64,000 nt of DNA from Oculina patagonica (GCF_052425735.1 NC_135758.1:19096001-19160000); one strand, 5' to 3'. Counted from the first letter of the stretch, positions 40,615-52,888 are shown. A program made the numbers and translations. Notes: generated by a model not told the origin, from the letters alone.

Positions 40615-43484
40615 TTAAGAGTCAATATCACCAAAGGAATTAACATTTACTCCTGTGTAAGTGTTGGTCGGCGGCATCTGCTTACCAGGCTTCATCGGCT
40701 CAGCCAAATAGAACGCAGCTGGTAAGGCCCGCATCTCGGCAGCACAGGACAGCGGAACTGAAAATAAACAATATAGAGATATGTATACTTAACAATTATT
40801 CTATAAGCCCGCGTTGGATACGAGGTGGTAAATAGCCAACGAGGCGCGAAGCGCCGAGTTGGCTATAACGACTCGTATCCAACAAGGGCGAATAGAATAA
40901 TTGTTTTATTAAATTCTTCTTTAAGTTTAAATCGACTGGACATTTCATTTTGATGTAAACGAAGTGATAGTATGAGGAGGCGGGAAAATTTGTGGTGCGG
41001 TGTTCACTTTTTGAGTTGAATGAAACACGAGAGGAAAGCGAGCGAAGCCGGAGTTTTCTTCCCAAGATTTTTATCTAACAATCTTCTCTAAAGTCTTCTT
41101 TATATCTTGGAAATTGTGACAACAGTTAAGATTTACGGGATGATCCGAAGCAAAAGCGTTTCTGGAAACTACACTTCTTGTGCAAGTCGAACGAAGCAAG
41201 TGTTTACATTGTACGGCTGTCATCAAGACTGCTATATTATTTGAAGCGAAATTGAACTCAAAGCGGAACAGATTTATTGAAGTTTAAAAGGACAAGACCA
41301 AGATTGAAAGGTAATAAACTTTACAGAAGTGCTGAGCCTAATTTTAAGACGAACACTAAAAGGAACTGTCATTTTGCCGTTATTTCGTAAATTATTTTCT
41401 GCTTTTCTACTTTATTCACTCGCTCTTGTTGTTCGTTTACAAGTTTATTAATTAAATTTTTCTCATCAATCCTTTTGTTTTGCGTAATTAAATTTTACTA
41501 TGGCATTTCTGTGGTTTTTGTAGGCACCGCTGATTTTTTCTTGTTCACAAAGCTCGCCAAATTTGCTGTTTTCAACCATTTTTTCTGATGGAAGTGTCGC
41601 TTCCCGCAGAAAAATTTTACGCTGAGCGGCACTTGCCGCACTCATTTCCCATATAAGGTCAAACATAGGTATACGAGCTGGTAACCGGGATTCAGTGAAC
41701 CAATCAGAAAGCTAGAAATGCAATATCCGAGGTTGAGAATTTAATATAGCTATTATTAAATTTTCAGCCACGGATATTGCATTTCTAGCATTCTGATTGG
41801 TTCACTCAATCCCGGTTGTCAGCTCGTATACCTTAGTTTGACCTTATTTGGAAAATGATTGCGTTACTGTTGCCAAACTAAAATTTTTCTGCGGGAAGCG
41901 ACAGTTCCATCAAAATGGTTTTGAACAGCAAATTTGGCGAGCTTTATGAACAAGAAATAATTAGCGGTGCCTACAAAAACCAAAGAAATGCCATAGTAAA
42001 TTAAACTACGCAAAACAAAAGGATAGATGCGAAAAGTGTAATTAATAATACTTTTAAACTGAACGCACAGCAAGAGCGAGTGAATAAAGTATAAAAGCAG
42101 CAAATAATTTACGAAAGAACGGCAAACTGACACAGTTTCATTCAGTGTACGTCATAAAACTAGGCTCAGCACTTCAGTAAAGTTTGTTACCTTTCAATCT
42201 TGGTTTTGTCCTTTCATACTTTAGTAAACCTGTTCCACTTTGAGCTCAATTTCGCTTCAAATAATATAGCAGTCTTGATGACAGCCGTGGAGCCGTAAAG
42301 AAGTACAAATTAAACACTTGCCTCGTTCGACTTGCACAAGACTTGTAGTTTCCAGAAAAGGTTTTGCTTCGGATCTTCTCGTAAATAATAATAATAATAA
42401 TTTGCTAATTTATATAGCGCATATTTTCATGTTCTGATCAATCAAATCTTAACTGTTGTCACAATTTCCATGATATTTAGACGACTTTAGAGGGGATTGT
42501 TTGAGGAAAATCTTCTGAAGAAAACTCTCTTGCTCGCTTTCCTCGTATGTTTCATTCAACTCAAGAAGTGAACACCGCGCCAGAAATTTTCGCGCCTCCT
42601 CATACTATCACTTCGTTTACATCAAAATGAAATGTCCATTCGATTTTCAAGTTCAGTGAACTTGAGAAGAATTTAATAAAACAATTATTCCATTCGCCCT
42701 TGTTGGATACGAGTCGTTATAGCCAACTCGGCGCTTCGCGCCTCGTTGGCTATTTACCACCTCGTATCCAACGCGGACTCATGGAATAATTGTTAAATAG
42801 AGAGAGCTGGATTGACTGGTTCGACTAGCTATAACAGCCAAACCAAATTGTCCATGAAATAGCCAAATCGCTCTCGAGCAAAACGTAGCTTGAACCATAG
42901 TTAGTAGTAACTATTGCTTGAACCGAACCATAAACTCGCGCACATGAACAAACAATAAATTTTCAGTTCAGTACGAGAAATTAGACAGTTATAGCAGCCA
43001 TAGCTAAAGGCGAGAGAGCTTGGTCAAGGACTCGGTCGTTTCTTTTCCAAATGCTATTTTACATATCGAAATCGCTATAAATCTCCCAGCGGGAGAGTCT
43101 GCTTACTCAAGTATGTTTTGGAGAATCTGCTCACCGAAGCATCTTTTAGAAAACTTGCTTACTGAAACTGACTGAAAGGGGGACATATTAAATCCAATAA
43201 AACATTGGCAAAAAATATAACGTATTGCAGAGGTTTCTCTGTTCGTGAGTTTCAGAGCTCACTCCTGTAAACAAAATAGCTATTTCAAAAGTTCAACGAA
43301 TTGGCACGTTTAGTTCTAGGAAGGCACATCGTTGTTTTGGATTGATCGTGCATAAGATCTCTCCAAAATACTGCATTCAGTGTGCTGTGTTAAAGAATTC
43401 AGAGGACATAATGAGTTTTCTGATACCTGAAGGTTTCTCCTTTGGACCATCGCGTTTCTCAGGGACAGACTTGATAGCTTCCAT
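40615..43484 (-). CDS. Putative graspetide-like precursor A, complement(join(40615..40757,43427..43484)): MEAIKSVPEKRDGPKEKPSVPLSCAAEMRALPAAFYLAEPMKPGKQMPPTNTYTGVNVNSFGDIDS (66 aa)
   Basis: 58-nt ATG exon, phase-1 GT-AG intron, terminal exon. Same structure in four paralogs. Not in the ORF track. Confidence 0.8.
40790..42796. repeat. ~2-kb imperfect palindrome (two ~1-kb inverted copies of a repeat) inserted in the precursor A intron
   Basis: Arms match from TTAACAATTATT..CGCGTTGGATACGAGGTGGTAAATAGCC to a centre near 41750. The flanks are contiguous in paralog D (~62095-62130). Confidence 0.85.
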
Positions 43485-43784
43485 CTACCAAACAAAATGC
43501 CCTCGTTAATTTGCATTAACGCAGTATTTTCACCTAAATAACGACGGAAAACATACAACAGAAGTAACATTGGCAATAAAACTGGCAAAAATAGATTACG
43601 TACCTCGCTGGATGCAGACAATTTCGCAGTCGCGGCGTGTAGTGAAATTACTTCGATCTTCCTCTTACGAAGTTTCAAAAGATTTTGTAGCGGTATGGCC
43701 TCTTTCAGAATATTTAACTGGAAAGTGTTGACGCATGCATTAACGGGACTGTTTCTTAGTAACTGACGGATTTTAGGGCCGGGC

Positions 43785-44030
43785 TTACTCTGGGGTCTAC
43801 CCCATCCATTGTGATCGATAATGTTGCTGCTCTGAGTAACTGGCAGAATTTTGGCGGTTTACACAGGAATTTCAGTACCCCATCCAATGTGATCGATAAT
43901 GTTGCTTCTACGTAACTGGTACACTTTGGCGGCATCCATTGTAATCGACGAGATTGTTACGGCTGAGTAACTGACAGATTTTATGGGGTTTACCCCGAGG
44001 TTTACCGCATACATTGTGATAGGACATTAT
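43785..44030 (+). repeat. Degenerate ~60-80 bp tandem repeats
   Basis: Recurrent CATCCA(T/A)TGTGATCGATAATGTTG...GTAACTG(G/A)CA units. Confidence 0.6.
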
Positions 44031-45243
44031 TGATTTGGTGGACCCGGCGTTTTTATTTATTATTTCTGAAAAACAGATATCGTAACGCTACAACTAATTA
44101 ATAAAGCTTGCCTTAACCTCAAATAAATGCTTGAGGGGCTTATTTGCAACATCACCTTAGAAACTCGGCGTTTATTCGAGACCAGCAATCGAGAAAATAC
44201 GGTGCCCTTGGGCTATACTCCATCTATTATGAAGTCAGTACGTGTCACACAACTAAAAAAGTGAAAGGAAAATGCGTGCTACTCTTGATCGACTCACAGT
44301 GAGCGATTGTTTTACCCTTCTACTTCATTGTTAAGCTTTTTAGGATAATTTCTTTCTTAGTAAACGTATAAAACAACTGTTAAAGTAGGCTTTACCAAGA
44401 TAACATTTCTTACCTCAAGCTTTTTTAACACCGCTTGGTAAACGCAGCTGAAACGTATGCACCAGTTGTATAAAGACCTATCTAAGTTTCTTGCCCTTTG
44501 TATTAAGAAATGCTAATATCTAACCCGAGGGCTTTCATTTTCGCGGAGATGATATCAACATCGCCTTTTGAAAGACAATTCGTGATGTGTGACTTTTCGT
44601 GTTTTGTTTGAGAATAGTGTCGTGGGTCTGTATCGAATCATCGTGGCATCGATTTTCATTTTCCCAGAATTTGATTGTTTATACGTTCTTGTTTTTTAGC
44701 CAGAAAAGTACGATTATTTTTTTAACGATTCTAAGAATTTTGGGAAATTTCCCTCACAATCAGGAGATATGGAAGATATTAATTTACATTTGTTAGAAGG
44801 ATATTTTCATCTTTTGAAAATTGCCTCTATTGTTGAATTGACGCTGGATTGTTTTTGGACTTTTCTTTAATTGACTTTCATTTTTGTAATTTCAAGAAGA
44901 CACCGATCTTATCAGCATGCGATACTATTCGCTTTAGATAACGAGAGAAAATAGAAAGATTAAAATCATTCTATTTACAACACAGCGGACAAATTTCCAT
45001 TGCAAATTACCATTTAAATAAGGCCGTGACATAATGTAACGTAATTATCGAGACCCGTTTCAAAGGGATTATATTCTATTCGTTTTCGTCAGCAGTAATA
45101 GCCCACGCTGGTCGCGTCAAGTTTCCAAGAAATTCCGGATGCAAAGAATATTTCCCTGTTTTCCTTTCACTTTTCAATCGTGTGACACTGATTTCACAAT
45201 TTTTAACCTGAACGCTTAGCGGCGAAAACCTGCTGTATCAACG

Positions 45244-46661
45244 ATGGCTAACACAATTCTGTGTATTGGCAGCGCGGAAGACCCGCATATTCAAGAGGTC
45301 GATAAACATGTGAAAGCAATAGACAGCAAGGCAAGAGTTGTGCTATTCAACCCTCTTTGTGGAAGCCATTTCATCGAAATCACCGCCGGAAATCTCTCAG
45401 AGCAAGGTCCTAGCTGTACTATTGTTGTGGATGACGAACGCATCAGTGCCGAATCGATCAGGTCTGTGTGGTATCGCTGGAAACCGGCCGTTCTTTCAGC
45501 AAATGAAGATCTCCAAGGTCTCATTGCCAAAGACTTCGCCTTAAAGGAGTGGAAATCGGTGATTCGTTCACTCGCGTCGTATCTGCCTCACGCGAGGTGG
45601 TTGAACCCGCTGGGGGCCTCGGAGCTGATAAACTGTAAACCGCATCAACTGAAGCTCGCGCAACAAGTTGGGCTGACTGTGCCACAGACCACCATCACAA
45701 ACAACCCAACAGCCGTGGAAAAAATCTTCCAGCAAGTGGATCACGGACGAGTGATATTCAAAAGCCTAACGCCTCTATTTGTGCCGCCAGATAAACTGCT
45801 ATACACAACAGAGATCACAAAAGAATTTCCATCCGTGTCCCGGGCAAGTGTAACACAGTGTCCAGCTATCTACCAGGAGCTGGTGGAAAGGAAATCAGAT
45901 TTGCGTATCACCGTCGTTGGTCGAGCAGTGTTTGTTGCCTGCATTGCTTCGCAGATACTTGATGAGAAGAAAGATCGCTTGGATTGGAGACGATGCCAGG
46001 AAAAGGACGAGATGTACAGTATAGCACAGGTATAATCATCTTATCACGGTTATAACACAGCATGTAGCTTTTAGGGACGGACCATTGAATTTTGAAAGGG
46101 GGGGGATTGGGCAATTACGAAAAAATTCTCGAACAAGGAAAGTAGGAGTAAAAAATCATGCAGAAGTAAGCACGGATTACAATTCAACCAAGTCCCTCTT
46201 TGTTAACATAGAGTTGGTAAAAGACTGAAATTCTTGCAAATATCAATGATCAAAAAAATCTTACTCCGGAGAAATTGGGCAACAACTCTACCCCAAAAAT
46301 CAAATGGTCCGTCCTTTACGGAGCTTTTAGGATCTATTGTTCCGTTGCTTATAGATGTTTAGCTGTTCGATTCCCCAGTCCCCACGAATTTGACTTCCTC
46401 GCATTTATTTCTTTCATTTTTTAACAGGTAACTGAGTCATTTAAAGAGCGCTTGCTAGAGTTCCACGAGAAAGCAGGCTTGGTTTTTGGCGCTTACGACT
46501 TCTTAGAGCGCGGTGATGACGTCATATTCCTCGAATGTAATCCCGGAGGAGCCTGGCTCTGGTTAGAAAACAGTCTTGGTCTTAAAGTGTGCGAACACGT
46601 TGCGCGATACCTTCTGGGTAAAGATGAAGCAAACTCTTCCAGAGCCACAAGCAGTGAATAA
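45244..46661 (+). CDS. ATP-grasp peptide ligase, RimK-superfamily MvdC/MvdD (graspetide synthetase)-like, join(45244..46029,46428..46661), ~339 aa
   Basis: Motifs [91 protein letters not shown]. Phase-0 intron CAG|gtataa...aacag|GTA joins ORFs 45244 and 46452 in frame. Confidence 0.9.
46073..46316. mobile_element. MITE in the ATP-grasp intron
   Basis: TIR AGGGACGGACCATT / AATGGTCCGTCCTT. Same family as 25044-25278. Confidence 0.7.
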
Positions 46662-47255
46662 ATGAATGAACTTAAGAGATCCAAATTTAAGACTGACATT
46701 ATTAGTTTCGGTTGTATAAAATAAACGAAAACAATTTATACGCGGGACTTCTGGTATGTAGACCACACTGTTATGACCCACATTTGAACATTTGACGTTC
46801 TTTATCTTTTTGTGAAATTTTGATTAAATCATTGTGATGTAGAGGTTTTATTTGAAACCGGTTTAAATGTGCGGAATAGTTTTAAGTAGCAAGACCTTGC
46901 TATCCCATCTCTGTAGAAGAACAACATGTTGCCAAAAGCAAAAGACAAAATAATAAAAAAACAGAAGATAGAGAAAAATGTTTGCAACTTAATTGCAACC
47001 TGTAGTATGTAGTTAAGTTACAGATCTTAATCGGTTAAACCTGAATAAACCTGTTTTTGCCGGCAGCTTTTGGTGAGTCAAAATGTGATTGGGCACGAAT
47101 TCTCGTCTGATGCAATCCCACAGTGATCTCTTTGTGAAAATGAACCAGAGATGAGTTTATACTTGTTGCACATGTGACACACATTTTTATTGGTTTATAA
47201 ACCTTTAACTGAACAGTAAGTGAGCGTTGGAGCGATTTTCCGTTCGCGAGTTCGC

Positions 47256-48335
47256 TTAAGCATCAACTTCTGAACAATGGGGTCCTTCTTCTGTACATCC
47301 GATCACTCCTGGAACAGTCATGGGCTCCACCAATGAGAAGGCAGCAGGGTATGTACGCACCTCGGCTGCGCATGTCATCGGCACTAAACAAATATCACAG
47401 CATGAGTAAATTATGACTGAACCCAATATCATATGCAGTGGATGGCTGCAATATTTAAATCAACTTTTCACCTTTTTAGTAACGGTGAACTAAAATTAAA
47501 AAAACTCACTGAAATGCAGTTAAAAGGGTTTAGGACAGTCAAAAACAACAAAAACAACTGATGACTCAAATTGCACACTTTTTCAAACAAACAAATGCCA
47601 TTGTTACAAGTTTAGCCGCGTCTTTGCATTCTTTGAGGAAAAAGTCCACAATGAGCCATAATCTAACTCTATAACTCCTGTTATTCCCTTGTTCACCTGT
47701 ACACCAGAAGAGAGCCAAAATGACTTGAATTGGTGTTCATTGTCATTTTTATTCGCTGTCTATACTGGCCGTAAAAAACCTTACAAATCCTTACATTTGT
47801 TGGCAAGATTTCCGCACAGGACCCTACATTAGTTATGCATACAATTTTCTGACTGATTCGTTCTTTTCATGATTGCTGTTTATGCATAGTGATAGTATGA
47901 AATAGTTGCATACATAATTAATGTAGGGTCCTGTGCGGAAATCTTTCCCATTTGTTCATTGTGGGCTTGGGGAACCTGTGCTTACATCAAGCGAAGCGAA
48001 ATAAACACTCGAAGTGGGAATATAATTTGTGACGTGATGCTGCAGTATGTAGAGTTTAAAACTAGAAAATAAACAACTATTAAACGAACATGTAACACAT
48101 ATGAATTGATCCATGTTTTATGTATAACTACGATGAATATTACCTTTGGTATTTTCTTTTGGATGTTTCTTCGTCTGAAGCGCTTTCTCTGCATTTTGGA
48201 GTACAATCTGCGAGAAGGAACACACCAGTGCGTAATGAACTCCACAGAAACAGCAATCCGTTAACTAAGCAAAAGTAACCTCGACAAAAATACAACAAAG
48301 CAAAAGTATTCACCTACCTCGCCTGAGGCAGACAT
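47256..48335 (-). CDS. Divergent putative precursor F, complement(join(47256..47383,48144..48207,48318..48335)): MSASGEIVLQNAEKALQTKKHPKENTKVPMTCAAEVRTYPAAFSLVEPMTVPGVIGCTEEGPHCSEVDA (69 aa)
   Basis: The terminal exon aligns with the other leaders (VPMTCAAEVRTYPAAFSLVEP vs VPLSCAAEMRALPAAFSLAEP) with the same phase-1 intron. The upstream exons splice in frame. Confidence 0.7.
47810..47941. repeat. Short inverted-repeat element in the precursor F intron
   Basis: TTCCGCACAGGACCCTACATTA / TAATGTAGGGTCCTGTGCGGAA. Confidence 0.7.
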
Positions 48336-50136
48336 TTTCGCAGTTGCAGCAAAACTTAACTCAGTTGCGGACACCAACAGAATATTTACTAAATGGTTCA
48401 TTAACTTTGGGTGAGTTCAGATATTTCATGCAAATGATATTACATGGTATTGTGACCAATCACATGCGAGCTATTGTTGTTGTGTCCGTCCTTGTTCTTT
48501 TCCATTTGAGTACCCCAAGAGACAGAGTTTATGGAGCAAAAAAGTTCAACAAACAAAATTGGAAAAAAAAATTGGAATTTTGATAGTATCAGTACAAAAC
48601 GCGCGAAATTAAAGTGAATCGTGATCAATAAATATTATATGTAAATTCAGTTTAAATTCAGTGTAACAACGTTGTCGGTATCTTTAGAATTTTCTTTTAA
48701 TTACGAGTGTTTGGCTTCGCATCGGAAAAAGTAATTGCATTCTTCTTGCGTTTGGAGTGACCAATTACATTCTAACTTATCAATAACACGTTAGTCTACT
48801 TTGTACGGGTTGTTTATTCAATACAGTGATCTTCAGTATCGTATTTCAGTAAGGTTTTCTAAAATATTTCGACTGCTAGAACTTTTTTTGTTATTTCAAA
48901 ATATGCCTTTTTCGAAGCGAAGCCATAACAAACTTTATTAAGTTTCTTTTAATTTCGTTTGATTTGAAAAGAATGTACATTGACATTTACAAAAGTAATT
49001 GTTATTTTATCTTGAGTATTGTAGAGTTGTACAATACGATTTGGAATTTATTTGCACAGCAGGTATTGCTGGTGACACCTTTGGTTTGGCCCGAAACTCG
49101 TAAACAACTTAGTATTAATATGTGGATGTGGGCGGAATAATGTTAAGCTAGGGTACAGTCTGTGTCCGAGCCAAGTGGCCCATACAGCCGGAGCTTATCC
49201 CGGTTTCTGTAGCATTAAGCGACTAGGAGTATTGCTATTCCCCCCTGGATGAGATGCTAGTCCATCGCATCGTCTCTTTAAAAATGCGCGTGCAAGATTT
49301 TAATAGCATTCAGAGAAGAGTTGTAATACCAGTGCTTTAATTTAGTAAACTTGTAGCTGAGGAGTAAACATATAAAAAAGAAAGCTGATTCCGTTGTTGC
49401 AGTGGGACTGCTTATCCCCGCTACAAACTGATCGACTGACAATAAACATCTCCTAGGATAATGGAAAACAATGACTGGTTTTCTCACAAAATAAGTCTTG
49501 AGGAACATGCGAAAAGTTTGTGGAAATGACTTCTTAACGGTCTTCTTTTCGGAAAAAAGCACTGGGGACTTGATTCCACCTAATGAAAGCTAGCGAAGTC
49601 CACCTCTTATAAAAGGGCCTTTTTTAAACACTGTTTTAAGGTGGCTCGATCGCGGGTTTTTGAGTGACGATGCCTTTCAACTTTGAGAAACATGTATGCC
49701 ACCGTAAACAAAACAACTGAAAATCGATAAATACAGCTGTACTAAGAAAGATGAAAGCTTCAAATGAGGTACGTTTAATTGAAATCGGAGTTACCATAGC
49801 AACATTATAACGTCACCACCCATTTTTACAATAGACCGATTTTCTTGCTATACAGGGAAACTTTTGTAAAAGGTCTATCTTGATCTTTGACTGGAGATGG
49901 TTTTTTCGAGGTTTGCAAAATTAGAAGAATTTCTATACGAGCGTTTTTAAAAAAATTTCGAATGAAGTTTTGAGCCACCTTTACTAGCTTTTTAAGCCGA
50001 ACAATTGATTGTTAAAGAGATAAATAGTCATTCGGGTTTACGCTTTAACAGTTTTATTTCATCGATTATAACGCCATTACATCTCATGGAATCACGATTA
50101 ATCAAGTTGATGCTGGCAAACATCTCGCTGGTCAAG

Positions 50137-51293
50137 TTAAGCGTCCCAATCACTGTAGGAATTGAGATTCATCCCCATGGTGTAAGAGGCTGTTGGCATT
50201 TGATTGCCGGGGTCCTTTATCGGCTCAGCCAATGAGAAGGCAGCTGGTAAGGCCCGCATCTCGGCAGCACAGGACAGCGGAACTGAAAATAAACAATGCG
50301 AAAAATACGTGGATAAGAACATCCAATTTCCATATATGGGGAGATTAAGGGCTGGATCGAATGACCTTTATAACAGAAAAAAACCAAACTGGCCAGCCAA
50401 AGCAAAACGCAAAAATACAATGTAAACGCTTAAACAGAAATATAAATTTTTAGGTACGTGGAAAAGACAGCTTAAATGCTAAAGGCGAGAGCTTGATCAA
50501 GGAAACTTTTTGTTGACAAATGCTATTTTACATATCCAAATCACTACTAACAATCTTCTAGCTCTTAGCGACATAAACTGTTTTCAAAAGGATCTTTTCA
50601 GAGAAAGCCAAAGTTGAAACAGCGACGTTTCTAAAATGAAGGATCATATGCGTGACTCAATTGCACTCTTTTAATTCTATAAGAATTTATTTTACAAGAA
50701 TATCGAGGCTGAAATTTGCGAAATTTAAAGAACATTTTAAGAATAAACCCGAGGCTAAGATTTTGAAAAGAATATAATTTTGTGTGTTGAAAATTTGTAA
50801 GAGAATATAAATATATATGTTTTTTCTAATACCTATAGAATTCGTCCTTTTTCAAAACGGCAAAACTAGACAAATGCTGATGCTATTGACAGCTCGATGA
50901 ACGATACATGTATAACATATGTATGGCATACAGCACAAGCAAAAAATGTTATACGCTATAATCTAAGAATATTCACAAGAATATTCAGCTTGGGTCGGGA
51001 GAAACAATATTCTTATACAAAAAGAGTGTAGTTTTTTTTAACTCACAATTGAAAACACAATATAGCTAATTTTTCAAAGAATTGGCATGTTCACTTTTAG
51101 GAGACTTGTTGTTCTTATAAAACATTTTATCTTCAGGGACTATTCTGGTTTAATCGTGCTAGAAATCTCTCCAAAGTGCTGCATTAAGTTTGCTGTGTTA
51201 GAAAATTAGAACAAAATAATGAGTTTTTTTGATACCTGAAGGTTTTTCTTTTGGACCATCGCGTTTCTCAGGGACAGACTTGATAGCTTCCAT
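50137..51293 (-). CDS. Putative precursor B, complement(join(50137..50282,51236..51293)): MEAIKSVPEKRDGPKEKPSVPLSCAAEMRALPAAFSLAEPIKDPGNQMPTASYTMGMNLNSYSDWDA (67 aa)
   Basis: Same two-coding-exon structure as A. Canonical splice sites. Upstream non-coding exon donor at ~51390. Confidence 0.82.
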
Positions 51294-51516
51294 CTACCAA
51301 ACGAAATGCTCTCGTTAATTTGCATTAATCCAGCATTTTTACCTAAATAACGGCGGAAAACATACAAAACAGAGATAAAGCCTCACTTACCTCGATTTTA
51401 CTTGATTTTTTCCTTCGGAGACTTCGGGGGTACAAGTATCCTTTTCATCTCGCCAGAATATTACACACCCAAATTGTTGAAAGCGTTATAGTTATCTCAT
51501 TAAGTCGTGGGAATCT

Positions 51517-51550
51517 CTGATTGGCCGAAAGTTGTCCTCGTGACAGGAAA
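51517..51550 (-). promoter_or_regulatory. Conserved CCAAT + GTCACGAG composite upstream of precursor genes (also 57031-57063 and 63066-63098)
   Basis: CTGATTGG and CTCGTGACAGGAA occur at an identical 20-bp offset in B, C and D, although the spacer sequence has diverged. Confidence 0.55.
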
Positions 51551-52722
51551 CTTGTAATTAATATCATATATATTGTTGTTGTTGTGATTTTATCTAGATA
51601 TGTTTTCAAAGTCGCCACAAATCCTTGATTTTTTGATACATTGCGCTTGCGTGTTACAGTGTTGACAATTTTCGCTGTGACTGCAACGCATCATCATCAT
51701 GATCATCATCATCGCTATTATATAACGGTCATTGAACATCCAATTCAACGAAAGGAGTTTTATTATTCCACTATTGGGCCATTTTACCATATTTGGGTAA
51801 AAGAACGCGCAACATATGCCACGTTATTACACTGCAGGGCAAAAATACGGACGGACAAACTTACCCAATACGGACCCAAACTTAGTGGAAAAAATAGTGG
51901 AATAATTAATCCCTTATTTAAAGGGACATTTTGTTAATTTGTCAAATTTAAAAATACGAATTCATTGCTCGTCTAATAAAATACTACGCAACTCGCAAAA
52001 TATCCGCGCGTATTCTATGTTAAACCATTGAATAAGCTGTATGAATTATTGATTAAATTACACGTCACGGGGGTAGTTCCAGCATTGATGCGGGTTAGTT
52101 CCAGCATGAATATTCAGAGAGCAATAAAACACTCAGAAATCTTTGCAAATACTGACAACAGAAAACATTAAGCAGTATATATACGAGGGGAAAACAGCGG
52201 CCCCATTATTTTCGCTTTTCGGAATTTTCTTCGAAGAATAGGATGCAAGAATAGTCATTATCAAAAAACCCTCTTGGGCATCGAAATTTCTTACAAATTA
52301 CCTCATTTGTTATTTCAGCCTTGTTGATGTTGTTGTTAGTATAAGTTTTCGAGGCTCCTTCTTGTTGTCAGAGTTATGCAAACTGAAGGAGTTGCTTTTT
52401 GTTGCTCACTGGAGATGATTTGCAATTGATATTTCTACCGACACTTAGATTCTGATATTCAACTGAGAAGTAAATTCCAAACACAGATAACACTTAAACA
52501 CAAATGTCGCATGTTACCCGTGCCTTTCATACAAAGCCGGATCTCATTTTACTTAGAAAAAAGGGAAAATATTAATTCTATATTATTCAACTCGTGACAT
52601 TTGATTGGCAGGCGACTTAGTGGTAAGATAATTTACAGTTTCGAACAAGAAGTGTAAATTTTATTTGTGGTGTCTTGATTCAAAGCAATTATTCACAGTT
52701 TCTGCGCGAAAACGTTGCCGCA

Positions 52723-52888
52723 ATGATCTCAGTGGTTTCGTCTTGAATTTGCCTGCTAGCCCTGTGTATTTTAATAGTCATCTTCGTTTTATTTTACACA
52801 AAAATATGGAAAATGCTAATCCGCTGGCCGCTCAACAGATGAATTGATCTTTTCTACCACCGAATAATAAGCGATAAAGGTCGACCCG
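52723..52888 (+). pseudogene. Pseudogenised exon 1 of the beta-hydroxylase paralog
   Basis: 166-nt copy of 58951..59116 with two in-frame TGA codons (TCT TGA; AGA TGA). The intron is interrupted by a TE and no exon 2 is seen downstream. Confidence 0.85.

Noticed and set aside
45244-46661. Bacterial contaminant or symbiont contig
   Set aside because: Spliceosomal introns, host MITEs and continuity with metazoan genes argue against it.
50204-50425. Plus-strand ORFs repeated at 50204, 55219 and 61809
   Set aside because: These are antisense shadows of the precursor exons. Splice signals and synonymous-change patterns support the minus strand.
51641-51937. His-rich ORF (HHHHDHHH)
   Set aside because: It arises from an (ATC)n microsatellite expansion that is absent from the paralogous regions at ~57200 and ~63225.
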